From: Entomortierella parvispora E1425
Taxonomy: Eukaryota; Fungi; Mortierellomycota
NCBI GenBank assembly: GCA_020891255.1
Contig: BQFW01000006.1
Coordinates: 1,488,001 to 1,552,000 of the forward strand
Direction of reading: 5' to 3'
Length of the DNA stretch: 64,000 nt
Made by a program: the position numbers and the translations under genes. The notes below the pieces were generated by a model. That model saw only the letters and a program-made list of their open reading frames with translations. It searched no databases and was not told the origin of the DNA. Each line of letters begins with the position of its first letter. Position 1 is the stretch's first letter. Below are positions 24,501-37,134 of the stretch, piece after piece.

Positions 24501-25831
24501 TTCAAGATCAGCAACGCGAGCCTTATTGTCGGTAGCAGCACGCTCCCAGAGCTCTCCAAGACGTCTCTGAGTCTCCATCTCCACTCGGAATTGCTCCTCC
24601 TGTACAACAATCTGGTCCTGAAGCTCCTTGTTCTTCACCAAAAGCTCTTCACTCTTGCTTTGTTGCTCAAGAAGGCGACGCTGTGCGGTGGAGTTGGACT
24701 GAGCAGCCGAGGTAGCTTCGAGACGGGCCTGCTCAAGATCTGCCTGCAGTTGCAAGATTTGGGTGGACTTCTCTGTGCGATAGTTTCCGAATTCTGTAGA
24801 CTTCGCGGCAATTTCATTGGTGGCCCATTCCATGCGCTGCTTGAGCAATCCCAGTTCCTGTTCAAGCCCTTGCTTTTGAAGCTGTTATGGAAAGGAGAGA
24901 ATATTATCAGTTTTTTTTCTTTGTTGAATTTCAGAGCGTCATTGGGCCGTTGATCATCTCCATTAATACCTTGATCGACATCTCCGATGCCTTTGCCTCT
25001 CGTGCCTCGGATTCAAACTGCGCTGATTCCCTCTTGACTTCCTGGTAGCGAGCAGACATGGATTGATAGTCTTCGTTCGACTGATCTAGTTCAGCAACCT
25101 TACGCTCCAACGCAGTAAGAGATTCCCTCTTCTCAACCTCAAGCGTCTCCACCCTAGCTTTAAGTGTATCAAGCTCCACGCTGACATGTAGTGATCCGCT
25201 CTGCTGGTTTGCGAGTTTTGATTCCAGTTCCGCAGCCTTGGCGCCTATATGGGGAAAAACATATTAATAGCTGGGCTAGATCCATCAACACATATGGATC
25301 AGTGGAGCAGAAAGATCCGAACCTGCTTCCTGGGCTTCCTTGCTTGCTGTCATGAACTTTTGTTTCGTCGTTGTCAGCTGTGACTTGAAGGCATTAATCT
25401 TGGACTCGTATTGCTGGAGGCGTTGCTCTAAGAGATTTGGAGTATCAATGAATTGTTAGATGGAGGGCGACTCATTTTGGTCGAACACCAAGCATGGAGA
25501 GCACGTGTGTTGCAATAACAGGGGTCAAATGCGCACTCCCTTTGAACGCGCTCCATATGATGTGTTTGCATAAGTGGACGTTACCAAAGTTGATCTTCTC
25601 TGTTGAGAGTGCCGCCTTGGCCTCTTCAGCCTGATCCTTCCATGATTCATCTGGTTCTTGAACCGCCTTCTCATCCAGATACTGCACGAGCTGTTGAAAG
25701 GCATCGGTGGCTTTGGAGCCATCTTGGAGTTGATCCAGCAGACGCGACATGTCCTCGACTGGGACCGACAGCAGCTTGGAAATCCTGGACTTCTGCTGGT
25801 CGCTCAGCGGCGTCGCCTGTGAATCCTCCAT
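18583..25831 (-). CDS. TPR: Nuclear basket coiled-coil nucleoporin TPR/Mlp1, multi-exon
   Basis: More than 1000 aa of coiled coil with hallmarks SLTQMYSKY-like, VIDDHLVLFANLQEMQQQNKKL, LRDVIRYVRREKDILE, LNILRESNSTLR and RWRSRTQEIMAKHDRIDP; disordered acidic C-terminus. Confidence 0.9.
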
Positions 25832-28147
25832 CGTGAGAAGAGGGTTTCACGTTTCACCCGTTGTTGTTGTTCTTGGCAAATGGAAGAGAAAGAAGGGGGA
25901 ATGCTCTTTCCTTTGGTTGAATCGGGGCACTCTTCTTTGCTTTCTTCCTTTCTGTTGATGCGACTCTACGATGCAGGAACGCGTTTTGTGTTTAGTGAGA
26001 ATGTAACGTGCACAGTATGCATCAAGGTAATCCAGCGTGAATCGCGGGGACGGTCCCATGTCGACAGCATGTCTTTGAGTTTGGGCCGGTTCCTGATATT
26101 TGCCTTGGGCTTACCTCGTGTCGAGACGGTGGGTATTGGAGAAGCAGGAACTGTGGATGCAATGAAGGGAGGCGATGAAGGCACAGGCGATGCGTGGGAG
26201 ATCCATGCGATCGCAAATTCGGTGACGCAATCACTACATTTTGGTCACGTGAAAGTGTCGCGCACTCTGAAATCGAAGCGCGAGTACCGCGTTCGAAAGG
26301 GACGAGATCTGTCATGCAGTAGTCCAAACCACTGTAGAGCGAAGGATCACTCGATGTTTTTGCATAATAGCCCCTATTCGAATTCTCTTTCTTTACAACA
26401 CACCACTTCCCAACCAACGTTATTTTTTTGTTAACTGCCGATTGATTTGAAAAGCAACACGACGTCTTTGACAAAAAAAAACGCGAGCATGCAGGAAGAT
26501 CATGCACGCTCGGACATAGAGACGTTCGGCTGCATTGCACTGTAGGCCACACTCATATATCAGCCACCCCTCCATTTTCTGAGGTTGATCTCATGCAAAG
26601 GAGATGTTGAAAAAATGGTAGAGCCGCCAATTGCTGCATGTTTGTTTTCACATCACAACCACTCGATTTTTTTCGATTAAGGGACCACTAAACTAACAGT
26701 TGAAATGCATGAACGGCCGCTTTGTCTTTGAAATAGAAAGGAGGTCTGGTTGTCAATTCTCGACTATGCATTCGATCTCAATGCCTAAACAAATCGGAGA
26801 AGACTCCTCTGAATTATTACGCAGAACAGCAAGAAACATGTCCGAGCAAAAAACATGAAAGATGAGTATGAAGGTCCCTCTTTACCTAAACCTTGAGAAA
26901 GAATTGATGAAAGAAACATTTTTCATTTGAATCCATTATCAGGTTCTGCTCAGGATTAAAATGACACATCCTCTTCAAAAAGATGCCTAGGATGTCGTTT
27001 TGCGACGCGTGAACTACCTACGGAAAACTTGCCTAAAGAAGACATCGTCACCTCGGAAAAGTAAGACGGATTGGAGCGCGTCCAGTCAAAGAGGATGTTG
27101 TGGGCGCAAAGTATGGACGTAAACAAAGGCATAAAATCAAGGAGGTGCAGAACAAATGATGTCAACAAGTCGCGTATCGTTACTGTCCCTTACATCCGTG
27201 GGGGACAAATGACCTCATACGTCCGCCCTGTGAGTCGCGACACCGTCTTCTTTGGAACAATCCGGCAGTCCTAATCGTAGTGCCCCTTATATGATGCACG
27301 GTCGGAGCAAGGTCTTTGCTATACTTTACCTCGGAGGCGATGATGATATTGCTGTCTTCCTTTGGCCCCTTTCAAGCATGCCTCCTTTCTCACTTTTGAC
27401 CACATCATGTGAACAGACAGAGACAGGGGACAGGGCTTTCAACATTGTAATTAGCTGCTGATTCGGCAGAGGATCCGAGGAGGTGTCCAAGATGATTCGT
27501 TTCGAATATCACTTCCAGGAATACATTTACCCATTTGGGAAGAGGCTGCTATCCAAAGAAAAAAAAAAGGCAGACAGAGACAGAGAGAGTACGCACTCTG
27601 TAGTTGACGTAGGAGCAAATGTATTTCCCCCCGGAGTAGATGAAGAAGGCTCGCGGATGCCACAGCAAGGTTGAGAGACCGTGGCTGCGGGGTGGAGGCT
27701 GAGAAGGATAATTCGAAGTGAGAACGGGTCAAATAGCACAGACAAAAGAATCTGCATCGTGCATGCATCCCAAACTCTAACTCCTGCGCCGCAAGTGCAA
27801 CACCGTGCGTGTGCAGACGGACATTCTTTTTCTCATCCATAGCACCATGGGCTCTGGCTCCGTGTCGACCATCACAGGAGACAACTGGAGGGAGGATCTC
27901 GGCTCTTTCAGTTGCTTTCAACAACACGAGCCAGGTCAGTTCCTGCCACTCAACCAAACTGTTTTTTAACGCGTACTGGCCTCATAGCAATGGCAATGCC
28001 CTACTTTGCCTTCATCGGTTTACATAAAGAGAACAAAGGCTGCCACGTCCTTCCTATTTCGCTCTCCATCTCCTCTCTCGATCTCATCACCACCTATACT
28101 CTCCGCGATCTGTTGTTGTCTCCACGAACAGTAAAAAAACATCCCAA

Positions 28148-28363
28148 ATGTTGAAAGGCCAGAAATTTCCACCCTCTAATGCAGTTGCACCAGCAGTTGC
28201 ATCCCCACAGCCTCTTTATCTTGTCCCTGAGCAACCTAACAACCCTCAAGTTCAGGCTGGCCATGAATTTGGAGCCGAGATAAACCCTGTCAATGTCGAG
28301 GCTGAGATCGTGGTTCAGCAAGCCAATGACCATGGAGGGGACGCGATTCAGCAGCACCACTAG
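28148..28363 (+). CDS. 71-aa acidic microprotein, paralogue of ORF 4393..4617
   Basis: MLKGQKFPPSNAVAPAVASPQPLYLVP aligns to MTQKFPESNHDQDVAPTLQPRSLFLVP; CATAAAG element, CT-rich leader and caaATG start. Confidence 0.6.
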   Translation: MLKGQKFPPSNAVAPAVASPQPLYLVPEQPNNPQVQAGHEFGAEINPVNVEAEIVVQQANDHGGDAIQQHH

Positions 28364-29078
28364 GTTACAGACCTGAATGGTGTGTGCGTTGATTTTTGTT
28401 GGCGATCACAACCACTTGTAAGTCAAACAAACAAACAAACAAGCAAGCAGACAAACAGACAACACGTACAACACCGTCTCCTCGATGTAGAGCCGCCCCT
28501 GTGGCGTGTGCTGCATTGCATTGTGATACAGGGTGTGCTTCCTGCTCTTTTCCCTCTACTCATGACAACAACTCACCCTTCCATTTTCCCTGTAGACTGG
28601 ACAAACAATACCATCAAGCTGATTGTGCTGAGAGACATTGTGCCTGTGGACAGGACGCCCACCCATATCTCATTCCATGCCCACACTCGCACATATGCAA
28701 TGACATGATAATGAATTAGTAACACAGCTGCAATAACCCCCCTTTGAAGAGAGCAGAAGGCCGCACAGTCATCCCTTGCAATTATAGCCAGAAGTAAATA
28801 TCACTCTGCCTCCAGAAAAAAAAATACTGCGTCGAATGGCGCTGATACAGGGTTAGAGGGTGGTTGAACTTGTGCACATGAAATTTGAAAGAAGGTCGTG
28901 CACTTCACCTCGCAGCCAACGTTGTTGCCGAGTAAAGGACCGCCTCGCAAGAGTCAAGTCCTGCCGACCTTCCTTTCTTCTCCAGCGCTCTCCTTACCGT
29001 CAAAACACATTCCCAACGCGCGCACATCCACATACACGGACAGTTACCTCCTTCGCCCCCTCATTGACCTTCCACACA

Positions 29079-29504
29079 ATGTCTCCAATCACTACCGCCC
29101 ATAACTTTGGGCAATCAAATGCCTTGGATATTTGGCAAGACAAGGAGGACATTTTCTTACCCCATGATCATCCCGACGATCACGATGATTCTACCGTTCT
29201 TCAATCCGAAGATCTTCTCCTGGAAGGCGGCCACCAAGCCATGATCGTCGACCACTATCATATACCAGTGAGCACATTCCTTTCGTTCGTCAGCAATCTT
29301 GGCCCTCACCTTCCCCACAAAGTCGATCACGATAATCCTGTTGTTGATCCGGAGGCTTCACCCTTCACCCATTCTGACCCTCATGGCGCAAATCAACTCA
29401 GCGAGCACACTCCTGAGGAGAATGAGGACGCCGTTGATACATGGGATAATACCCAGTTGGACGGCGAATTCAGTCTCGCCAGTGGAACCAAACAGGATGA
29501 CTAG
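29079..29504 (+). CDS. Small Asp/His-rich orphan protein (141 aa)
   Basis: ATG in cacacaATG context after a pyrimidine-rich leader; coherent acidic composition; no recognisable domain. Confidence 0.45.
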   Translation: MSPITTAHNFGQSNALDIWQDKEDIFLPHDHPDDHDDSTVLQSEDLLLEGGHQAMIVDHYHIPVSTFLSFVSNLGPHLPHKVDHDNPVVDPEASPFTHSDPHGANQLSEHTPEENEDAVDTWDNTQLDGEFSLASGTKQDD

Positions 29505-30654
29505 AAACCATCACTGGTACAAAATGGTCCTCGCACTTGCATCATGCAAAACTGAATGAGGCGCGACTACCATGACAAAGCGTCAAACGCCAGCCTCTGA
29601 TGAGGACCATCACAGTTTTCAGTTACTTTGAAGGCCTGCAACAAAAAAAAAGCTTCTTAACTCTTGCTTCGAATTTGCGATAAAGACTTGCAAGAGAATA
29701 AATTATATAACCTATTTTTCCCTGCTGTTTGCGACCATTCCTACTCACTTTGGTCATCTTGGGCAGCTTCCTCACGACTACTCACTGCCATTTCTACTGT
29801 TCAGAGCATCCATCATTTTTTCCACAATGCTTAAATCCACACGACTCTCCATTTCCACACTCGTTTCCACAATACGGCGTAACACAAAGTAGTGCACGGA
29901 CTCCCTCCCAACTGTCGAAGCGGAGGAGAGGTGGCGTTGCTTCGTCAACACCTCAACAGCTGTTTATATGTTGGCTTGACCTTTCTGGATAGAAAGTCTT
30001 TGAGCGCTCCCAATTTTTTTTTTTAGTATCTATAGTTGTCGACCATCGCTCAAAAACGGCAATGTCGAGCCAAAGACGCGAAACAACCCTGGAAACATTC
30101 TGGCGGACAAGTATTTGCTGAGCAGTGGAAAGCGAGCGTCCAAGTAGGGCTCCATCTACCGCTAACATCGTCCTATACTCCCAATCATCTCCCTCGGCCT
30201 ACATGTTTTGGCCAAGATAGGCGCTCGTTCCCACGTCAAATCCAAAATTCCATAGTAGATTTTGTATTCGTATACCGCCATTTTAGTGAGTGAACCTGAA
30301 CGCGCGTCAAAAGGGGAAAGGCTTCCCTTGTGCGTCAAGATACCTTCCCCATGCGTGGCATGAAAGGCTCCGGGGAAGCTTCTCCACATTCTGTCCCCAT
30401 CCACATTCTCATGATGAATAGTTTTGTCTCTTCTGCTCCTCTCTCTCTCTCCCGTACTCTTTCCTCCATCGATCCAGCTCCCCAAAATGTAAATCACTCT
30501 TTTTTTGTACTCCACCATAGCCATGTCGGTCGCAAAACGTCGTGGAAGGAATAACAATAATGTTGAAAATGAAGGCAAGACGACCATACCAAACGATCAT
30601 TACCTTACGCCTACATCGTGCACAGAAGACACTGAATATAACGCAAGCAGAGAC

Positions 30655-30657
<3 letters not shown>

Positions 30658-30686
<29 letters not shown>
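30658..30686. repeat. (AG)n microsatellite
   Basis: Direct inspection. Confidence 0.95.
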
Positions 30687-30688
<2 letters not shown>

Positions 30689-30986
30689 GGTGAGGTTTAG
30701 AGTTTGACAGGTTGTCATTTGCGTCTGTGTACCCTTTCGGTTCCAACGAGGCATTTTGCAAATAGAGCAGACAAAATGACAGGGTAATCAAGGAAAGATG
30801 GGCAAAGCAGACTGCACCTTTCATCAAACGATCAAACCCAAACCTGTATAAAAAGATGATGTTCTCCTCCTCTTCACCTCCTGCCACAGTTCACTCAACC
30901 TCCTCGATATCTCCTCTATCCTCACCCTCTGTCTCTTCCCCGCACAAGATATTTACACGGCAAAACATCTTCACAAATCTCACATC

Positions 30987-31271
30987 ATGGTCATTCGATA
31001 TACTCGACCAAGCGCGTACCCCTCGGAACTCTTCCTGACTGAAATCGATTCCAGCTTCCAGAGTGGAAACGAAGCTGCACCCCATCACGATGGTCCTATC
31101 CAAGTCCTCGCAATTGATCATGCAGAATACGCAGATGTCGAAAATGACTACCATGAACATGTTGATGACGACGAAGAGAGTGATCAAGGTGATGACCACT
31201 CCGGCTCCGGAGAGGAAGAAAACATTGCAGCGAGCATACAAGTCCAAATTAACGAACAAGAGGAAATATAA
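30987..31271 (+). CDS. Small acidic orphan protein (94 aa)
   Basis: TATAAAAG at about 30847, CT-rich leader, catcATGG start; D/E/H-rich product. Confidence 0.5.
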   Translation: MVIRYTRPSAYPSELFLTEIDSSFQSGNEAAPHHDGPIQVLAIDHAEYADVENDYHEHVDDDEESDQGDDHSGSGEEENIAASIQVQINEQEEI

Positions 31272-31456
31272 CTAGACCGAACGATTCCAGATCGGTTCGC
31301 AAATGACGGGGGAACCATATCTACGCACAGCCCCGGAGACCAATAAAGTCTGGCAAGGAAGAACGGCACTTTCAACATTATAACCGCAGACACTTCATTT
31401 TGCTTTCACCTTTTTTTTTTATGACTGTGCCCAGAACGAGGGATGACAAAATTGCT

Positions 31457-33724
31457 TTATTGTGTTTTCTCTCCCATTCCATTAGGCGCGCGAACATATC
31501 CTGCCGGGATTCCATCCTCGAGTCCTCCAGGCGGTCCCTGGTACTGTGCGCTTCCGGTTCCTTGCGGCGCTCTTCCAGGGATATACAACTGCGGGTTCCT
31601 ATGGTCGATGGCAGCCAAGGTTGTGGTCGAGTACGTCATGCTGGGAGTTCCTCCAGACGTCGTCACAGAATTCGTTGCTAGAGGCGAGGACGGATACGAC
31701 TGTGGATCCTGGGGGACATAGAGAACGCCATTGTACATGAAGGGACTGGGTGCCACCACGGTTGTACTGTCGGACAAGTACGGCGAACCAGACGCGTGTA
31801 ACTGTGGTTGAGAAGAATCCATATCTGAGTGGGGGTTTCCTGGGGCGGTCGTCCCATAGGTCGTTGCACCATATTGTTCAGCGTACTGCTGAAATTGAGA
31901 CTGTTGCTGCTGGTATTCCTGGGAGTCCACCGGGCCCAAAGGCATTTCCGCTGGGGTCTCTTGAGGATTATGTCCATGTCCAACCTGTGCAGAGGTCAGT
32001 TGAGGATTCTGAGGAGGTGTCTGAGCGGCTAAATGTGTGTCCTGGAACGTGGTCTGGATAGGAGGCGGTGGCGGGTAGTAGTTTTCAGGATTGTAGACGA
32101 CGGGGATCTCCTGAGGTTCGCTGGGGGCCTGATGTGCAGGTGGCTGTGGTGCGTATCCAACAGCCGACACTTGAGGTTGCACCAGCGGCCTTTCTGGGAT
32201 TAGAGGTGGTGCTACTGCTCCTGCTCCTGCTCCTCCGTGTCCACTGCCATAAGTTGTTTGAGCCATGACTGGGGTAGGCTGGTAGGCCTCAATGATTTGA
32301 ACATCCTTTTTCCTGTTTTGATGTCGTCGCCATAAGAAAAATCCACCTCCCAGCACAACTAGCACGGCGACACCGGCGACGGCTCCAATGATGGCAGGCG
32401 AGATACCCCCGCTACTACTACCCCCACTGATGCCGCCAGTACCCCCACTACCATCGCCAGGAGCAATCCCTCCGCTGGGCGACCCCGAGGTTTTCAGTCC
32501 ATCTACGACGACCGAGTAAGAGACCGTTTGCCAGGCTCCAGCGTTCGGTCCGGAAAGAGTCAGCTCATAAAGGGTTGTCGAAATGGGCGTAGACGTTGTC
32601 ATGAAAGCCCAGGTGGCGCCTGCTCCTGCCGAACCCATTGGTATAAATGTATTAGGTTGAGAGATGGAAGTATTGGCCTTGATTGGGGTCGTAAAATTGG
32701 AGACCCCATTCGAGGACGTAACGTAGTTCAGTTCTCCTGTCAGGTCCTATCCAAAAAAAAAAAAAAAAAAAAAAAAAATCAAACAGTGATGTTAGAAATT
32801 GAGGACTGTGGCATACAGTCTCAAAGAGATTGACGACGAGGACATGAGTCGCTCGTTCTTACCTGGCACCACAAATAATACTGGTTATTAAAGACGGCAC
32901 TTTTGGGGTATCCTGCATTCAGGTCGCATGGCGACAGATTCGAAGATATACTCTTCGTGGTCGAATTGGAGAGGGCGGCCCCTGTAGCACTGACCGTAGA
33001 GGTGATCAATGTAGAAGTACCAGTTGAAGTACCAGTCCATAAGGTAAATAGATTGCTGTTGGCGCTGTTGAAGGCAAAGTCCACTGGATTGTCGAATTCA
33101 GAGGTATCCTGCGAGATGCGACGAACAAAGATCTGTTAGTGTCTGTCTTTGGGGTTCTCAAAAAAAAAAAAAAAAAAGACTTCATACCAGAATGTAGGGC
33201 GTGCTCTGCTCTACGAACGTGTTGTTGGCCTTGTTGAAGGCAGATACCGTAATCGTGTTTGTGACAATACTCGTTCGATAGACCTGCATCAATGTCCCTC
33301 CAAGCGGGAACAAGGCCGTATGCGACAACATGCTCCATTTATACCCTGCAGACACATCGATGTTTGTCCACGTTCCTGATGCACCTCCGGTCCCTGGGGT
33401 GTACTGCAGTCCACGGGGAATGACAGGCGTCTCGTCTGTGACTCCGTACCTTGAGGTCGCATCCAGGACGGTGAAGACGCCTGTGCTATCGACTGTACAA
33501 ACAAAAGTACCTTCCATAGGTAGGCCAGACAATAGATAATGCTGGCCCAAAGCAACAGCCGAGACCAATGTCCAGGAGATATCCGTGAGAGACGCTGGCG
33601 AGGCGTTGGATTTTACCAGGACGTTGGTATTGGCGCCCATGTCTGTGGTGGTGACAAGGGCGTGGGCATAGAGGTAAGTCCCATCCGAAGTAAAGCAGCT
33701 GGGGTTCAAAGTTGAACCGCTCAT
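31457..33724 (-). CDS. Single-pass type I membrane protein with Ser/Thr/Gly beta-rich ectodomain and Pro/Gln/Tyr-rich cytoplasmic tail; 3 exons
   Basis: Introns near 33187-33133 (ACTAAC-AG) and about 32863-32748; TM IIGAVAGVAVLVVLGGGFFLW followed by RRHQNRKK; tail contains YYPPPPP; start codon uncertain. Confidence 0.75.
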
Positions 33725-34595
33725 GCTGGAGGGGAGAGAGAGTCGATGGAGAAGAGCAAAAAAGAGAGAGGGGAGAGAGAAGGAGAGGATGGATCGAAAG
33801 TATGAAGGACGGGGCGCGACGAGCTCAAATCGAGTTTTGACAGTGAAAAGGGGACCCAAGGAAGGCAAGGAAGAGAGAGAGGAAGAGAGGAGAGAAAGAC
33901 GGGGAAGGGCAGGCGATGCCAGTCCATGAGCAAGTCCATTCATTGCCGCATGCTCATCAACCCGATGAGGGATCACCAGCAAGCAGCTCCGCCGTTCCTG
34001 TTCCTGGTCCTGTTCCTCCTGTTGTTCCTGCCCCTGTCGTGTTCCTGCGGCGCATCTGCTCTGTTTGCTCTGTCTGTCCTGGTGGACATTTCTTTTCGAC
34101 AAAAACAAGAAGAAAGAGAAAATACATGCGCTCCCTGTCGAGAGAGCCCACTCTTTTCGATAGTCTACAGTACATGTACGATACATTGAGCTTATGAACT
34201 TGCTCTGTTTGTTTGTTTTCTCTTTTCCCTTTTCTTACAGTATTTCTGTTCTCTCTCTTTTCTTCATCATGGTACAGAGTGAGCACATGCATAGCCTCCC
34301 GCCTGGATGTTCTGGAACAATGAATTGGTGGCAAACCGCGATCGAGTCTTCTTACGGGGTCCATCGTGTCTCCCACGCGATGCTTGTGAGTCTCCCCCAA
34401 AGTGCGCACGGACACTGCCCCCACGTCCCCCATTCCTGCTGACACAGCAGAATTGCACCCTAAAATGAACCTTGACTCCCTTTCTTTCGTGTATTCTTTT
34501 GTTCTCAAGTCTCTTTCCTCTGTCTACTTTCTGCGAGGATGCTTCCTTGGAGACTTGCGGGTCAGAGAGAAGACGCGGAAATCCGTGGGGTTCTT

Positions 34596-36277
34596 TTACG
34601 CATTCACTGCGGCTGCTGTCAACGACGCCAGGGCCCGGTTCTTTTGGTGTTTCGCCATCGCCTTGTCCATCGCCACAATTCGAAGCTTGCCACCCACGAT
34701 CGTCACGCCCACCCAGCCGGCCGTAATCAGACTCCTCAGGATCAACCCGCGCCAATCCGAGAACTTTGTCATGTCCCGTCCCAGCGCCAGCAACTTTTGA
34801 ACAAAGGACATCTCCCGTCGACCTTTGGCCAAGTCCACAAAGTTCAACACCAGATTCTGTCGACAGGCCGGACATGTCTTGCGACCGGCGTTTCGTCCTG
34901 AGGATGCATTGTAATCGTCCTGCTGTTGTTGACCGGTTGTGGGGAACAGGGGGCGGAGGACCGGCTCGGCCACATCTGCAGGATCCGTGGACTCGGCCAC
35001 TACCACTTCATGCTCTTCTGTTTGTTGTTCTTGATGCTCGTGCGTTGTTGTTTGTGACTCCAGCGCGGTTGGATCCGCGGTCGGATCTGTGGTTACCGTT
35101 GCTGTTTGCTGGCTTTGTTCTTGTTCGTGTTGCTGTGGACGCGGCTCCTGTTCCGACTCATGGGTATGTAGGTGTTGGGTATCTTGTGTTTGTGTTGTTG
35201 TGGTCGTTGCTTCGGTTTGAATCGTCATCTCGGGCAAAACCCTGGTGGTATTATCCGGGTCTAGTGGGACTCGCAGTTGAATCTCGTTTGTCCTTCTTGC
35301 CCGTGTGATTGCATCGCCATTGGGACGGAGGTTAGGCAAGGACAGCAGCCATCCAAGCCCCACCCGATTGGCCATCATGCCATGAGGTCCTGCCAAATTC
35401 GCATTCATGCCCGCTACAGCTCCATGCAAGGCTGTACCCCAAGTGACAATCCTGAAGGCCTCCATGGGCCGATAGCCCTTGGGTCCATAGTTGTACCATT
35501 TTCGAATACAACCTCGATGAGCGACGTGCTGCTTCTCCACACAAAAGTTCTCCAGGACATGATCCGTGTCCCTGTTCAATCCCGAGTGATGGTGCTTCTG
35601 ACCTCCCTGACTGTAGTACTCATCATGATCCGTGATATTAACGTCCTCATCATCGTCCAACATGGCGCCATAGCAGATACAGCAATCGTCATCCGTGAAC
35701 TCTGTATCTTTCTCCAAGGGTCGGCCCGTGATCAGGATCCGTCGTTTTTCCAGTCCAAACTTGCGGAGGATATAAAACATCACAAACTCGTCCACCATCA
35801 TGGTCGCTATCGAGAACAAGGCCACTTTGCCCAAAATCGGCCGCGTGTTCCGGAAGAAATCGCCATAGGGTCGACCTGGTCGCTTGGTCAGGGTCGAAGT
35901 CAAACGGACGACTCGAAGCATGAGATAGGCGATGACGAGGTAGTAACAGCTAATCGCTCGCATCTCGCCTTCACTCCATCGTTTCTTGCGGAAGAGCCAT
36001 CTTGGCTGAGAGTTGATCAGGATCGTGGCTATTAACATATGCAGTTTTTTTTTTTTTTTTTTTTGCAAGGCGGGTTAGTGTGTATTCATGTTTTCTCTTG
36101 ATTGACCACCTTGAGGAAGGCAAACAATATAACAATAGACTTACCCTTGAGCCATGCCGATACCGCTAAGAGGGGGAAGATGGGAAGGAATAAAAAAAAA
36201 AAAAAGGCCAGAGGTAAGCATGTGCGACACTCGAATGCAGATCGTCCCGACCAAGTGGTATTATGCAACAACCATAC

Positions 36278-36308
<31 letters not shown>

Positions 36309-36572
36309 AGAGCACAAGAATAGACGTTCTTTGTTTGCTAAAGTAAGAGGGAGAGGAGTTCAACAAAGGGAAAGGGTCCAAGCCAAACGGGACCGATGGG
36401 AGAGGTCGAAACAAAAGAAGAGAGGGGGATCAGGACAACAAGAGGATACGTTACCCCAGGCATTGAGCGAGATGACGAGTCCAGCAGGGATGCCCTTGAG
36501 GATCTCTCTGGTTATCCGGGCAGCATCCAGCCTGCCAAGCACAGACGTTGCTCTGTGGACCACTGGTGCCAT
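34596..36572 (-). CDS. Membrane-associated RING-H2 E3 ubiquitin ligase-like protein, 3 exons including a 21-nt exon near 36145-36165
   Basis: CCIC...C-x4-H-x2-H-x2-C...CPAC zinc ligands; hydrophobic helices on both sides; splice phases consistent. Confidence 0.7.
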
Positions 36573-37134
36573 GGCTGTGAACAGAATTGTTGGACAAACT
36601 ATTGTTTGCTGAGCTGAGTTTGGACCCGCGGGGTCAGTTCAGGAATGCGATCACAGTAAGAAGAGAAAGCAAGGGAGAAATGCAAAGAAGAATGAGAGAG
36701 TGCAGGTACAAAAGGAAACAGACAGGAGAGAGTGAATGCAAGAGCGAAGGAGAATGAAGGAGAATGAAAGAGAGAAAAGAGAGAGCAGAGAATGCAAGTT
36801 GGATGGGAGGATGGGATGGATGGAAAGAAGCAAGCAAAAAGTGACAATGCATGCTCGAGCAGTGGCACCAGGCAGGAAAGGAAAGAGCAGGTGGTGGCTG
36901 TCCACAAATCCACTTTGTGGGCCAACCGACCGTTTCGGCTCCCTCCTCGTCTAAAATGCATGGGTCACCTGATAGTCGGCACGGGCTTGTGTAGGCGCGT
37001 CGGACGCGATCGAGAGGGTGCCATGCTGCTTCTCTTCTCAGCAAGGTACTGTACACCGGCCATCAGCCAGCCATCTCGCCCATATCCCGCCAACGAAAAC
37101 ACAAACTATTGCTTTTCTTAAGCGGAGCTGTTTA

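Noticed and set aside
26956-27461. Protein-like fragments (KVFAILYLGGDDDIAVFLWPL)
   Set aside because: Short, multi-frame, and not assignable to any family or transposon
35277-36035. 252-aa plus-strand ORF
   Set aside because: Antisense to the RING gene
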